This document shows positions 26,101 to 41,100 of a stretch of DNA of 64,000 bases, piece by piece. The notes beneath the pieces were generated by a model that was not told where the DNA came from, searched no databases, and saw only the letters and a list, made by a program, of their open reading frames with translations. Numbering within the stretch: the stretch's first letter is position 1; every line of letters starts with the position of its first letter. Source of the DNA: Squalus acanthias (Eukaryota); contig CM059438.1 in NCBI GenBank assembly GCA_030390025.1, positions 53,818,001 through 53,882,000 of the forward strand, in the 5' to 3' direction. The position numbers were made by a program, and so were the translations under genes.

Positions 26101-29100
26101 ACTGCACGGACTCCACTGTCACAGCTCACTGCACGGACTCCACTGTCACAGCTCACTGCACGGACTCCACTGTCACAGCTCACTGCACAGACTCCACTGT
26201 CACAGCTCACTGCACGGACTCCACTGTCACAGCTCACTGCACGGACTCCACTGTCACACAGCTCACTGCACGGACTCCACTGTCACAGCTCACTGCACGG
26301 ACTCCACTGTCACAGCTCACTGCACGGACTCCACTGTCACAGCTCACTGCACGGACTCCACTGTCACAGCTCACTGCACGGACTCCACTGTCACAGCTCA
26401 CTGCACGACTCCACTGTCACAGCTCACTGCACGGACTCCACTGTCACAGCTCACTGCACGGACTCCACTGTCACACAGCTCACTGCACGGACTCCACTGT
26501 CACAGCTCACTGCACGGACTCCACTGTCACAGCTCACTGCACGGACTCCACTGTCACAGCTCACTGCACGGACTCCACTGTCACAGCTCACTGCACGGAC
26601 TCCACTGTCACAGCTCACTGCACGGACTCCACTGTCACAGCTCACTGCACGGACTCCACTGTCACAGCTCACTGCACGGACTCCACTGTCACAGCTCACT
26701 GCACGGACTCCACTGTCACAGCTCACTGCACGGACTCCACTGTCACAGCTCACTGCACGGACTCCACTGTCACAGCTCACTGCACGGACTCCACTGTCAC
26801 AGCTCACTGCACGGACTCCACTGTCACACAGCTCACTGCACGGACTCCACTGTCACAGCTCACTGCACGGACTCCACTGTCACAGCTCACTGCACGGACT
26901 CCACTGTCACAGCTCACTGCACGGACTCCACTGTCACAGCTCACTGCACGGACTCCACTGTCACAGCTCACTGCACGGACTCCACTGTCACAGCTCACTG
27001 CACGGACTCCACTGTCACAGCTCACTGCACAGACTCCACTGTCACAGCTCACTGCACGGACTCCACTGTCACAGCTCACTGCACGGACTCCACTGTCACA
27101 GCTCACTGCACGGACTCCACTGTCACAGCTCACTGCACGGACTCCACTGTCACAGCTCACTGCACGGACTCCACTGTCACAGCTCACTGCACGGACTCCA
27201 CTGTCACAGCTCACTGCACGGACTCCACTGTCACAGCTCACTGCACGGACTCCACTGTCACAGCTCACTGCACGGACTCCACTGTCACAGCTCACTGCAC
27301 GGACTCCACTGTCACAGCTCACTGCACGGACTCCACTGTCACAGCTCACTGCACGGACTCCACTGTCACAGCTCACTGCACGGACTCCACTGTCACAGCT
27401 CACTGCACGGACTCCACTGTCACAGCTCACTGCACGACTCCACTGTCACAGCTCACTGCACGGACTCCACTGTCACAGCTCACTGCACGGACTCCACTGT
27501 CACAGCTCACTGCACGGACTCCACTGTCACAGCTCACTGCACGGACTCCACTGTCACAGCTCACTGCACGACTCCACTGTCACACAGCACTGCACGGACT
27601 CCACTGTCACAGCTCACTGCACGGACTCCACTGTCACAGCTCACTGCACGGACTCCACTGTCACAGCTCACTGCACGGACTCCACTGTCACAGCTCACTG
27701 CACGGACTCCACTGTCACAGCTCACTGCACAGACTCCACTGTCACAGCTCACTGCACGGACTCCACTGTCACAGCTCACTGCACGGACTCCACTGTCACA
27801 GCTCACTGCACGGACTCCACTGTCACAGCTCACTGCACGGACTCCACTGTCACAGCTCACTGCACGGACTCCACTGTCACAGCTCACTGCACGGACTCCA
27901 CTGTCACAGCTCACTGCACGGACTCCACTGTCACAGCTCACTGCACGACTCCACTGTCACAGCTCACTGCACGGACTCCACTGTCACAGCTCACTGCACA
28001 GACTCCACTGTCACAGCTCACTGCACGGACTCCACTGTCACAGCTCACTGCACGGACTCCACTGTCACACAGCTCACTGCACGGACTCCACTGTCACAGC
28101 TCACTGCACGGACTCCCTGTCACAGCTCACTGCACGGACTCCACTGGTCACACGCTCACTGCCAGACTCCACTGTCACAGCTCACTGCACGGACTCCACT
28201 GTGCACAGCCTCACTGCACTGACTCCACTGTCACAGCTCCTGCCCGGACTCCACCTGTCACAGCTCACTGCACAGGACTCCACTCTTCCCAGCTCCACTG
28301 CACAGGACTCCCACTGTCACCAGCTCACTGCACTGACTCCACTGTCACAGCTCACTGCCGAACTACACTGTCACAGCTACTGCCACAGACCCCCACTGTC
28401 ACAGCTCACTGCACTGGACATCCACTGTCACAGCCTACCTGCACAGGCCTCCACTGTCACAGCCTCACTGCTACCGGACTCCACTGTCACAGCTCACTGC
28501 CGGCCTCCACTGTCACAGCTCACTGCATGGACTCACTGTCACCAGCTCACTGCACGGACTCCACTGTCACATCTCACTGCACAGACCTCCACTGTCACAG
28601 GCTCACTGCACGGACTCCCCCCCACTGTCCCACAGCTCACTGCACGGACTCCACTGTCACAAGCTCACTGCACCGGACTCCACTGTCACAGCTCACTGCA
28701 CAGACACCACTGTCACAGCTCACTGCACGGACTCCACTGTCACAGCTCACTGCACGGACTCCACTGTCACAGACTCACTGCACGGACTCCACTGTCACAG
28801 CTCCTGCGAGGACTCCACTGTCACAGCTCACTGCACGGACTCCACTGTCACAGCTCACTGCACGGACTCCACTGTCACAGCTCACTGCATCGGACTCCAC
28901 TGTCACACAGCTCACTGCACGGACTCCACTGTCACAGCTCACTGCACAGACTCCACTGCACAGCTCACTGCACGGACTCCACTGTCACAGCTCACTGCAC
29001 AGACTCCACTGTCACAGCTCACTGCAAGTCTCCACTGTCACAGCTCACTGCACGGACTCCACTGTCACAGCTCACTGCACGACTCCACTGTCACAGCTCA

Positions 29101-32100
29101 CTGTACGGACTCCACTGTCACAGCTCACTGCACGGACTCCACTGTCACAGCTCACTGCACGGACTCCACTGTCACAGCTCACTGCACGGACTCCACTGTC
29201 ACAGCTCACTGCACGGACTCGACTGTCACAGCTCACTGCACGGACTCCACTGTCACAGCTCACGAGAGCTAGCGGACTCCACTGTCACAGCTCACTGCAC
29301 GGACTCCACTGTCACAGCTCACTGCACGACTCCACTGTCCACAGCTCCTGCACGGACTCCACTGTCACAAGCTCACTGCACGGACTCCAACTGTCACAGC
29401 TCACTGCACGGACTCCACTGTCACAGCTCACTGCACGACTCCACTGTCACAGCTCACTGCACGGACTCACTGTCACAGCTCACTGCACGGACTCACTGTC
29501 ACAGCTCACTGCACGGACTCCACTGTCACAGCTCACTGCACGGACACACTGTCACAGCTCACTGCACGGACTCCACTGTCACAGCTCCCAGCACGACTCC
29601 ACTGTCACAGCTCACTGCACAGACTCCACTGTCACAGCTCACTGCACAGACTCCACTGTCACAGCTCACTGCAACGGACTCCACTGTCACAGCTCACTGC
29701 ACAGACTCCACTGTCACAGCTCACTGCACGGACTCCACTGTCACAGCTCACTGCACGGACTCCACTGTCACGCTCATGCACGGACTCCACTGTCACAGCT
29801 CACTGCACGGACTCCACTGTCACAGCTCACTGCACAGGACTCCACTGTCACAGCTCACTGCTAGGACTCACTGTCACAGCTCACTGCACGGACTCCACTG
29901 TCACAGCTCACTGCACAGACTCCACTGTCACAGCTCACTGCACGGACTCCACTGTCACAGCTCACTGCACGGACTCCACTGTCACAGCTCACTGCACGAA
30001 CTCTACTGTCACAGCTCATTGCACGGACTCCACTGTCACAGCTCACTGCAAGGACTCCACTGTCACAGCTCACTGCACGGACTCCACTGTCACAGCTCAC
30101 TGCACGGACTCCACTGTCACAGCTCACTGCAAGGACTCCACTGTCACAGCTCACTGCACGGACTCCACTGTCACAGCTCACTGCACGGACTCCACTGTCA
30201 CAGCTCACTGCACGGACTCCACTGTCACAGCTCACTGCACGGACTCCACTGTCACAGCTCACTGCACGACTCCACTGTCCACAGCTCACTGCACGGACTC
30301 CACTGTCACAGCTCACTGCACGGACTCCACTGTCACAGCTCACTGCACGGACTCCACTGTCACAGCTCACTGCACGGACTCCACTGTCACAGCTCACTGC
30401 ACGGACTCCACTGTCACAGCTCACTGCACGGACTCCACTGTCACAGCTCACTGCACGGACTCCACTGTCACAGCTCACTGCACGGACTCCACTGTCACAG
30501 CTCACTGCAGGACTCACTGTCACAGCTCACTGCACGGACTCCACTGTCACAGCTCACTGCACGGACTCCACTGTCACAGCTCACTGCACGGACTCCACTG
30601 TCACAGCTCACTGCACAGACTCCACTGTCACAGCTCACTGCACGGACTCCACTGTCACAGCTCACTGCACGACTCCACTGTCACAGCTCACTGCACGGAC
30701 TCCACTGTCACAGCTCACTGCACGGACTCCACTGTCACAGCTCACTGCACAGACTCCACTGTCACAGCTCACTGCACGGACTCCACTGTCACAGCTCACT
30801 GCACGGACTCCACTGTCACGCTCACTTGCACGGACTCCACTGTCACAGCTCACTGCACGGACTCCACTGTCACAGCTCACTGCACGGACTCCACTGTCAC
30901 AGCTCACTGCACGGACTCCACTGTCACAGCTCACTGCACGGACTCCACTGTCACAGCTCACTGCACGGACTCCACTGTCACAGCTCACTGCACGGACTCC
31001 ACTGTCACAGCTCACTGCACTGACTCCACTGTCACAGCTCACTGCACGGACTCCACTGTCACAGCTCACTGCACAGACTCCCACTGTCACAGCTCACTGC
31101 ACTGCACGGACTCCCACTGTCACAGCTCACTGCACACGACTCCACTGTCACAGCTCACTGCACGGACTCCACTGTCACAGCTCACTGCACAGACTCCACT
31201 GTCACAGCTCACTGCACGGACTCCACTGTCACAGCTCACTGCACGGACTCCACTGTCACAGCTCACTGCACGGACTCCACTGTCACAGCTCACTGCACGG
31301 ACTCCACTGTCACAGCTCACTGCACGGACTCCACTGTCACAGCTCACTGCACGGACTCCACTGTCACAGCTCACTGCACGGACTCCACTGTCACAGCTCA
31401 CTGCACGGACTCCACTGTCACACAGCTCACTGCACGGACTCCACTGTCACAGCTCACTGCACGGACTCCACTGTCACAGCTCACTGCACGGACTCCACTG
31501 TCACAGCTCACTGCACGGACTCCACTGTCACAGCTCACTGCACGGACTCCACTGTCACAGCTCACTGCACGGACTCCACTGTCACAGCTCACTGCACGGA
31601 CTCCACTGTCACAGCTCACTGCACGGACTCCACTGTCACAGCTCACTGCACACTGCACGGACTCCACTGTCACAGCTCACTGCACGGACTCCACTGTCAC
31701 ACAGCTCACTGCACGGACTCCACTGTCACAGCTCACTGCACGGACTCCACTGTCACAGCTCACTGCACGGACTCCACTGTCACAGCTCACTGCACGGACT
31801 CCACTGTCACAGCTCACTGCACGGACTCCACTGTCACAGCTCACTGCACGGACTCCACTGTCACACAGCTCACTGCACGGACTCCACTGTCACAGCTCAC
31901 TGCACGGACTCCACTGTCACAGCTCACTGCACGGACTCCACTGTCACAGCTCACTGCACGGACTCCACTGTCACAGCTCACTGCACGGACTCCACTGTCA
32001 CAGCTCACTGCACGGACTCCACTGTCACAGCTCACTGCACGGACTCCACTGTCACAGCTCACTGCACAGACTCCACTGTCACAGCTCACTGCACGGACTC

Positions 32101-35100
32101 CACTGTCACAGCTCACTGCACGGACTCCACTGTCACAGCTCACTGCACGGACTCCACTGTCACAGCTCACTGCACGGACTCCACTGTCACAGCTCACTGC
32201 ACGGACTCCACTGTCACAGCTCACTGCACGGACTCCACTGTCACAGCTCACTGCACGGACTCCACTGTCACAGCTCACTGCACGGACTCCACTGTCACAG
32301 CTCACTGCACGGACTCCACTGTCACAGCTCACTGCACGGACTCACTGTCACAGCTCACTGACTGGACTCCACTGTCACAGCTCACTGCAAGGACTCCACT
32401 GTCACAGCTCACTGCACGGACTCACTGTCACAGCTCACTGCACAGGACTCCACTGTCACAGCTCACTGCACAGACTCCACTGTCACAGCTCACTGCACGG
32501 ACTCCACTGTTACAGCTCACTGCACAGACTCCACTGTCACAGCTCACTGCACGGACTCCACTGTCACAGCTCACTGCACAGACTCCACTGTCACAGCTCA
32601 CTGCACAGGACTCCACTGTCACAGCTCACTGCACGGACTCCACTGTTACAGATCGCTGCACGGACTCCACTGTCACAGCTCACTGCACGGACTCCACTGT
32701 CACAGCTCACTGCACGGACTCCACTGTCACAGCTCACTGCACGGACTCCACTGTCACAGCTCACTGCACGGACTCCACTGTCACAGCTCACTGCACGGAC
32801 TCCACTGTCACAGCTCACTGCACACTCCACTGTCACAGCTCACTGCACGGACTCCACTGTCACAGCTCACTGCACAGACTCCACTGTCACAGCTCACTGC
32901 ACGGACTCCACTGTCACAGCTCACTGCACGGACTCCACTGTCACAGCTCACTGCACGGACTCCACTGTCACAGCTCACTGCACGGACTCCACTGTCACAG
33001 CTCACTGCACGGACTCCACTGTCACAGCTCACTGCACGGACTCCACTGTCACAGCTCACTGCACGGACTCCACTGTCACAGCTCACTGCACGGACTCCAC
33101 TGTCACAGCTCACTGCACGGACTCCACTGTCACAGCTCACTGCACGGACTCCACTGTCACAGCTCACTGCACGGACTCCACTGTCACAGCTCACTGCACG
33201 GACTCCACTGTCACACAGCTCACTGCACGGACTCCACTGTCACAGCTCACTGCACGGACTCCACTGTCACAGCTCACTGCACGGACTCCACTGTCACAGC
33301 TCACTGCACGGACTCCACTGTCACAGCTCACTGCACGGACTCCACTGTCACAGCTCACTGCACGGACTCCACTGTCACAGCTCACTGCACGGACTCCACT
33401 GTCACAGCTCACTGCACGGACTCCACTGTCACAGCTCACTGCACGGACTCCACTGTCACAGCTCACTGCACGGACTCCACTGTCACAGCTCACTGCACGG
33501 ACTCCACTGTCACAGCTCACTGCACGGACTCCACTGTCACAGCTCACTGCACGGACTCCACTGTCACAGCTCACTGCACAGACTCCACTGTCACAGCTCA
33601 CTGCACGGACTCCACTGTCACAGCTCACTGCACGGACTCCACTGTCACAGCTCACTGCACAGACTCCACTGTCACAGCTCACTGCACGGACTCCACTGTC
33701 ACAGCTCACTGCACGGACTCCACTGTCACAGCTCACTGCACGGACTCCACTGTCACAGCTCACTGCACGGACTCCACTGTCACAGCTCACTGCACGGACT
33801 CCACTGTCACAGCTCACTGCACGGACTCCACTGTCACAGCTCACTGCACGGACTCCACTGTCACACAGCTCACTGCACGGACTCCACTGTCACAGCTCAC
33901 TGCACGGACTCCACTGTCACACAGCTCACTGCACGGACTCCACTGTCACAGCTCACTGCACGGACTCCACTGTCACAGCTCACTGCACGGACTCCACTGT
34001 CACACAGCTCACTGCACGGACTCCACTGTCACACAGCTCACTGCACGGACTCCACTGTCACAGCTCACTGCACGGACTCCACTGTCACAGCTCACTGCAC
34101 GGACTCCACTGTCACAGCTCACTGCACGGACTCCACTGTCACAGCTCACTGCACGGACTCCACTGTCACAGCTCACTGCACGGACTCCACTGTCACAGCT
34201 CACTGCACGGACTCCACTGTCACAGCTCACTGCACGGACTCCACTGTCACACAGCTCACTGCACGGACTCCACTGTCACAGCTCACTGCACGGACTCCAC
34301 TGTCACAGCTCACTGCACGGACTCCACTGTCACAGCTCACTGCACGGACTCCACTGTCACAGCTCACTGCACGGACTCCACTGTCACAGCTCACTGCACG
34401 GACTCCACTGTCACAGCTCACTGCACGGACTCCACTGTCACAGCTCACTGCACGGACTCCACTGTCACAGCTCACTGCACGGACTCCACTGTCACAGCTC
34501 ACTGCACAGACTCCACTGTCACAGCTCACTGCACGGACTCCACTGTCACAGCTCACTGCACAGACTCCACTGTCACAGCTCACTGCACGGACTCCACTGT
34601 CACAGCTCACTGCACGGACTCCACTGTCACAGCTCACTGCACGGACTCCACTGTCACAGCTCACTGCACGGACTCCACTGTCACAGCTCACTGCACGGAC
34701 TCCACTGTCACAGCTCACTGCACAGACTCCACTGTCACAGCTCACTGCACGGACTCCACTGTCACAGCTCACTGCACGGACTCCACTGTCACACAGCTCA
34801 CTGCACGGACTCCACTGTCACAGCTCACTGCACAGACTCCACTGTCACAGCTCACTGCACGGACTCCACTGTCACAGCTCACTGCACGGACTCCACTGTC
34901 ACAGCTCACTGCACGGACTCCACTGTCACAGCTCACTGCACGGACTCCACTGTCACAGCTCACTGCACGGACTCCACTGTCACAGCTCACTGCACAGACT
35001 CCACTGTCACAGCTCACTGCACGGACTCCACTGTCACAGCTCACTGCACAGACTCCACTGTCACACAGCTCACTGCACGGACTCCACTGTCACAGCTCAC

Positions 35101-38100
35101 TGCACGGACTCCACTGTCACAGCTCACTGCACGGACTCCACTGTCACAGCTCACTGCACGGACTCCACTGTCACAGCTCACTGCACGGACTCCACTGTCA
35201 CAGCTCACTGCACGGACTCCACTGTCACAGCTCACTGCACGGACTCCACTGTCACAGCTCACTGCACGGACTCCACTGTCACAGCTCACTGCACGGACTC
35301 CACTGTCACAGCTCACTGCACGGACTCCACTGTCACAGCTCACTGCACGGACTCCACTGTCACAGCTCACTGCACGGACTCCACTGTCACAGCTCACTGC
35401 ACGGACTCCACTGTCACAGCTCACTGCACGGACTCCACTGTCACAGCTCACTGCACAGACTCCACTGTCACAGCTCACTGCACGGACTCCACTGTCACAG
35501 CTCACTGCACGGACTCCACTGTCACAGCTCACTGCACGGACTCCACTGTCACAGCTCACTGCACGGACTCCACTGTCACAGCTCACTGCACGGACTCCAC
35601 TGTCACAGCTCACTGCACGGACTCCACTGTCACAGCTCACTGCACGGACTCCACTGTCACAGCTCACTGCACGGACTCCACTGTCACAGCTCACTGCACG
35701 GACTCCACTGTCACAGCTCACTGCACGGACTCCACTGTCACAGCTCACTGCACGGACTCCACTGTCACAGCTCACTGCACGGACTCCACTGTCACAGCTC
35801 ACTGCACGGACTCCACTGTCACAGCTCACTGCACGGACTCCACTGTCACAGCTCACTGCACGGACTCCACTGTCACAGCTCACTGCACGGACTCCACTGT
35901 CACACAGCTCACTGCACGGACTCCACTGTCACAGCTCACTGCACGGACTCCACTGTCACAGCTCACTGCACGGACTCCACTGTCACAGCTCACTGCACGG
36001 ACTCCACTGTCACAGCTCACTGCACAGACTCCACTGTCACAGCTCACTGCACGGACTCCACTGTCACACAGCTCACTGCACGGACTCCACTGTCACAGCT
36101 CACTGCACGGACTCCACTGTCACAGCTCACTGCACGGACTCCACTGTCACAGCTCACTGCACGGACTCCACTGTCACACAGCTCACTGCACGGACTCCAC
36201 TGTCACAGCTCACTGCACGGACTCCACTGTCACAGCTCACTGCACGGACTCCACTGTCACAGCTCACTGCACGGACTCCACTGTCACAGCTCACTGCACG
36301 GACTCCACTGTCACAGCTCACTGCACAGACTCCACTGTCACAGCTCACTGCACGGACTCCACTGTCACAGCTCACTGCACAGACTCCACTGTCACACAGC
36401 TCACTGCACGGACTCCACTGTCACAGCTCACTGCACGGACTCCACTGTCACAGCTCACTGCACGGACTCCACTGTCACAGCTCACTGCACGGACTCCACT
36501 GTCACAGCTCACTGCACGGACTCCACTGTCACAGCTCACTGCACGGACTCCACTGTCACACAGCTCACTGCACGGACTCCACTGTCACAGCTCACTGCAC
36601 GGACTCCACTGTCACAGCTCACTGCACAGACTCCACTGTCACAGCTCACTGCACGGACTCCACTCACTGTCACACTGTCACAGCTCACTGCACGGACTCC
36701 ACTGTCACAGCTCACTGCACGGACTCCACTGTCACAGCTCACTGCACGGACTCCACTGTCACAGCTCACTGCACGGACTCCACTGTCACAGCTCACTGCA
36801 CGGACTCCACTGTCACAGCTCACTGCACGGACTCCACTGTCACAGCTCACTGCACGGACTCCACTGTCACAGCTCACTGCACGGACTCCACTGTCACAGC
36901 TCACTGCACGGACTCCACTGTCACACAGCTCACTGCACGGACTCCACTGTCACACAGCTCACTGCACGGACTCCACTGTCACAGCTCACTGCACGGACTC
37001 CACTGTCACAGCTCACTGCACGGACTCCACTGTCACAGCTCACTGCACGGACTCCACTGTCACAGCTCACTGCACAGACTCCACTGTCACAGCTCACTGC
37101 ACGGACTCCACTGTCACAGCTCACTGCACGGACTCCACTGTCACAGCTCACTGCACGGACTCCACTGTCACAGCTCACTGCACGGACTCCACTGTCACAG
37201 CTCACTGCACGGACTCCACTGTCACAGCTCACTGCACGGACTCCACTGTCACAGCTCACTGCACGGACTCCACTGTCACAGCTCACTGCACGGACTCCAC
37301 TGTCACAGCTCACTGCACGAACTCCACTGTCACAGCTCACTGCACGGACTCCACTGTCACAGCTCACTGCACGGACTCCACTGTCACAGCTCACTGCACG
37401 GACTCCACTGTCACAGCTCACTGCACGGACTCCACTGTCACAGCTCACTGCACGGACTCCACTGTCACAGCTCACTGCACAGACTCCACTGTCACACAGC
37501 TCACTGCACGGACTCCACTGTCACAGCTCACTGCACAGACTCCACTGTCACACAGCTCACTGCACGGACTCCACTGTCACAGCTCACTGCACGGACTCCA
37601 CTGTCACAGCTCACTGCACGACTCCACTGTCACAGCTCACTGCACGGACTCCACTGTCACAGCTCACTGCACGGACTCCACTGTCACAGCTCACTGCACG
37701 GACTCCACTGTCACAGCTCACTGCACGGACTCCACTGTCACAGGCTCACTGCACGGACATTCCACTGTCACAGCTCACTGCACAGGGACACCGACTGTCA
37801 CAGCTCACTGCACGGACTCCACTGTCACAGCTCACTGCACAGACTCCACTGTCACACAGCTCACTGCACGGACTCCACTGTCACAGCTCATGCACGGACT
37901 CCACTGTCACAGCAGCTCACTGCACGGACTCCTACTGTCACAGCTCATTGCCGGACTTCCACTGTCACAAGCTCACTGCCACTGGGACTCCCACTGTCAC
38001 AGGCTCATTGCACGACTCCACTGTCACAAGCTCACTGCCACGGATCCACTGTCACACAGCTCTCTGCACCGGACTCCACAGTCACAAGCTCACTGAGGGA

Positions 38101-41100
38101 CACCGGACTGTCACAAGCTCACTGCGCAGACACCACTGTCACAGCTCACTTGCACAGACTCCACTGTAACAGCTCACTGCACAGGACTCCACTGTCAGCT
38201 CACTGCTCGGGACTCCACTGTCACAGCGCATCAATAGCCGGACTCCACTGTCACAGCTCACTGCACGGACTCCCACTGTCACAGCTCACTGCACGGACTC
38301 CACTGTCACAGCTCCCTGCTCTGGACTCCACTGTTACAGCTTACTGCACAGGACTCCACTGTCACAGCTCACTGCACGGACTCCACTGTCAACAGCTCAC
38401 TGCACCGGACTCCACTGTCACACAGCTAACTGACACATGCCGACTCCAATGTCACAAGCGCACTGCACGGACTCCACTGTCACAGCTCACTGCACGACTC
38501 CACTGTCACAGCTCACTGCACGACTCCACTGTCACAGCTCACTGCACGGACTCCACTGTCACAGCTCACTGCACGGACTCCACTGTCACACAGCTCACTG
38601 CACGGACTCCACTGTCACAGCTCACTGCACGGACTCCACTGTCACAGCTCACTGCACGGACTCCACTGTCACAGCTCACTGCACGGACTCCACTGTCACA
38701 GCTCACTGCACGGACTCCACTGTCACAGCTCACTGCACGGACTCCACTGTCACAGCTCACTGCACGGACTCCACTGTCACAGCTCACTGCACGGACTCCA
38801 CTGTCACACAGCTCACTGCACGGACTCCACTGTCACAGCTCACTGCACGGACTCCACTGTCACAGCTCACTGCACGGACTCCACTGTCACAGCTCACTGC
38901 ACGGACTCCACTGTCACAGCTCACTGCACGGACTCCACTGTCACACAGCTCACTGCACGGACTCCACTGTCACAGCTCACTGCACGGACTCCACTGTCAC
39001 AGCTCACTGCACGAACTCTACTGTCACAGCTCACTGCACGGACTCCACTGTCACAGCTCACTGCACGGACTCCACTGTCACAGCTCACTGCACGGACTCC
39101 ACTGTCACAGCTCACTGCACGGACTCCACTGTCACAGCTCACTGCACGGACTCCACTGTCACAGCTCACTGCACGGACTCCACTGTCACAGCTCACTGCA
39201 CAGACTCCACTGTCACAGCTCACTGCACGGACTCCACTGTCACAGCTCACTGCACAGACTCCACTGTCACAGCTCACTGCACGGACTCCACTGTCACAGC
39301 TCACTGCACGGACTCCACTGTCACAGCTCACTGCACGGACTCCACTGTCACAGCTCACTGCACGGACTCCACTGTCACAGCTCACTGCACGGACTCCACT
39401 GTCACAGCTCACTGCACAGACTCCACTGTCACAGCTCACTGCACGGACTCCACTGTCACAGCTCACTGCACGGACTCCACTGTCACACAGCTCACTGCAC
39501 GGACTCCACTGTCACAGCTCACTGCACAGACTCCACTGTCACAGCTCACTGCACGGACTCCACTGTCACAGCTCACTGCACGGACTCCACTGTCACAGCT
39601 CACTGCACCGACTCCACTGTCACAGCTCACTGCACAGACTCCACTGTCACAGCTCACTGCACGGACTCCACTGTCACAGCTCACTGCACAGACTCCACTG
39701 TCACAGCTCACTGCACGGACTCCACTGTCACAGCTCACTGCACAGGACTCCACTGTCACAGCTCACTGCACGGACTCCACTGTCACAGCTCACTGCACGG
39801 ACTCCACTGTCACAGCTCACTGCACGACTCCACTGTCACAGCTCACTGCACGGACTCCACTGTCACAGCTCACTGCACGGACTCCACTGTCACAGCTCAC
39901 TGCACGGACTCCACTGTCACACAGCTCACTGCACGGACTCCACTGTCACAGCTCACTGCACGGACTCCACTGTCACAGCTCACTGCACTGGACTCCACTG
40001 TCACAGCTCACTGCACGGACTCCACTGTCACAGCTCACTGCACGGACTCCACTGTCACAGCTCACTGCACTGACTCCACTGTCACACACTCACTGCAACG
40101 GACTCCACTGTCACCAGCTCACTGCACAGACTCCACTGTCACAGCTCACTGCACGGACTCCACTGGTCACAGCCTCTTGCACCGACTCCACTGTCACAGC
40201 TCACTGCACAGACTCCACTGTCACACTCACTGCACGAGACTCCACTGTCCTCAGTCAGCTAAGGCTCACTGTTACAGCTTACTGCACAGACTCCCGGTCA
40301 CAGCTCACTTGCAACGGACTCCCTTTTCACAGCTCACTGCACGACTCAAGTCCACTCACAGCTCACTGCAGACGGCTCCACTGTCACAGCTCCCTGCACA
40401 GTCTCCACTGTCACAGCTCACTGCACGGACTCCACTGTTAACAGCTCGACTGCAACGGACTCCACTGGCTGTACAGGCTCACTTGGGGGGCACGGACTCC
40501 ACTGTCACAGCTCACTGCACTGACTCCACTGTCACAGCTCACTGCCACGGACTCCACTGCCAGCTCACTGCACAGTCTCCAGCTGTCACAGCTCACTGCA
40601 TGGACTCCACTGTCACAGCTCACTGCACCAGACTCCACTGTCACAGCTTCAACTGCACGACTCCCCACTTGTCACAGCTCACTTGCACGGACTCCAATGT
40701 CTCAGCTCACTGCACGGATCCCCACTCTCACAGCTCACTGCACGGACTCCACTGTCACAGCTCACTGCACGGACTCCACTGTCACAGCTCACTGCACGGA
40801 CTCCACTGTCACAGCTCACTGCACGGACTCCACTGTCACAGCTCACTGCACGGACTCCACTGTCACAGCTCACTGCACAGACTCCACTGTCACACAGCTC
40901 ACTGCACGGACTCCACTGTCACACAGTTCACTGCACGGACTCCACTGTCACAGAGCTCACTGCACGGACTCCACTGTCACACAGCTCACTGCACGGACTC
41001 CACTGTCACAGCTCACTGCACGGACTCCACTGTCACACAGCTCACTGCACGGACTCCACTGTCACACAGCTCACTGCACGGACTCCACTGTCACACAGCT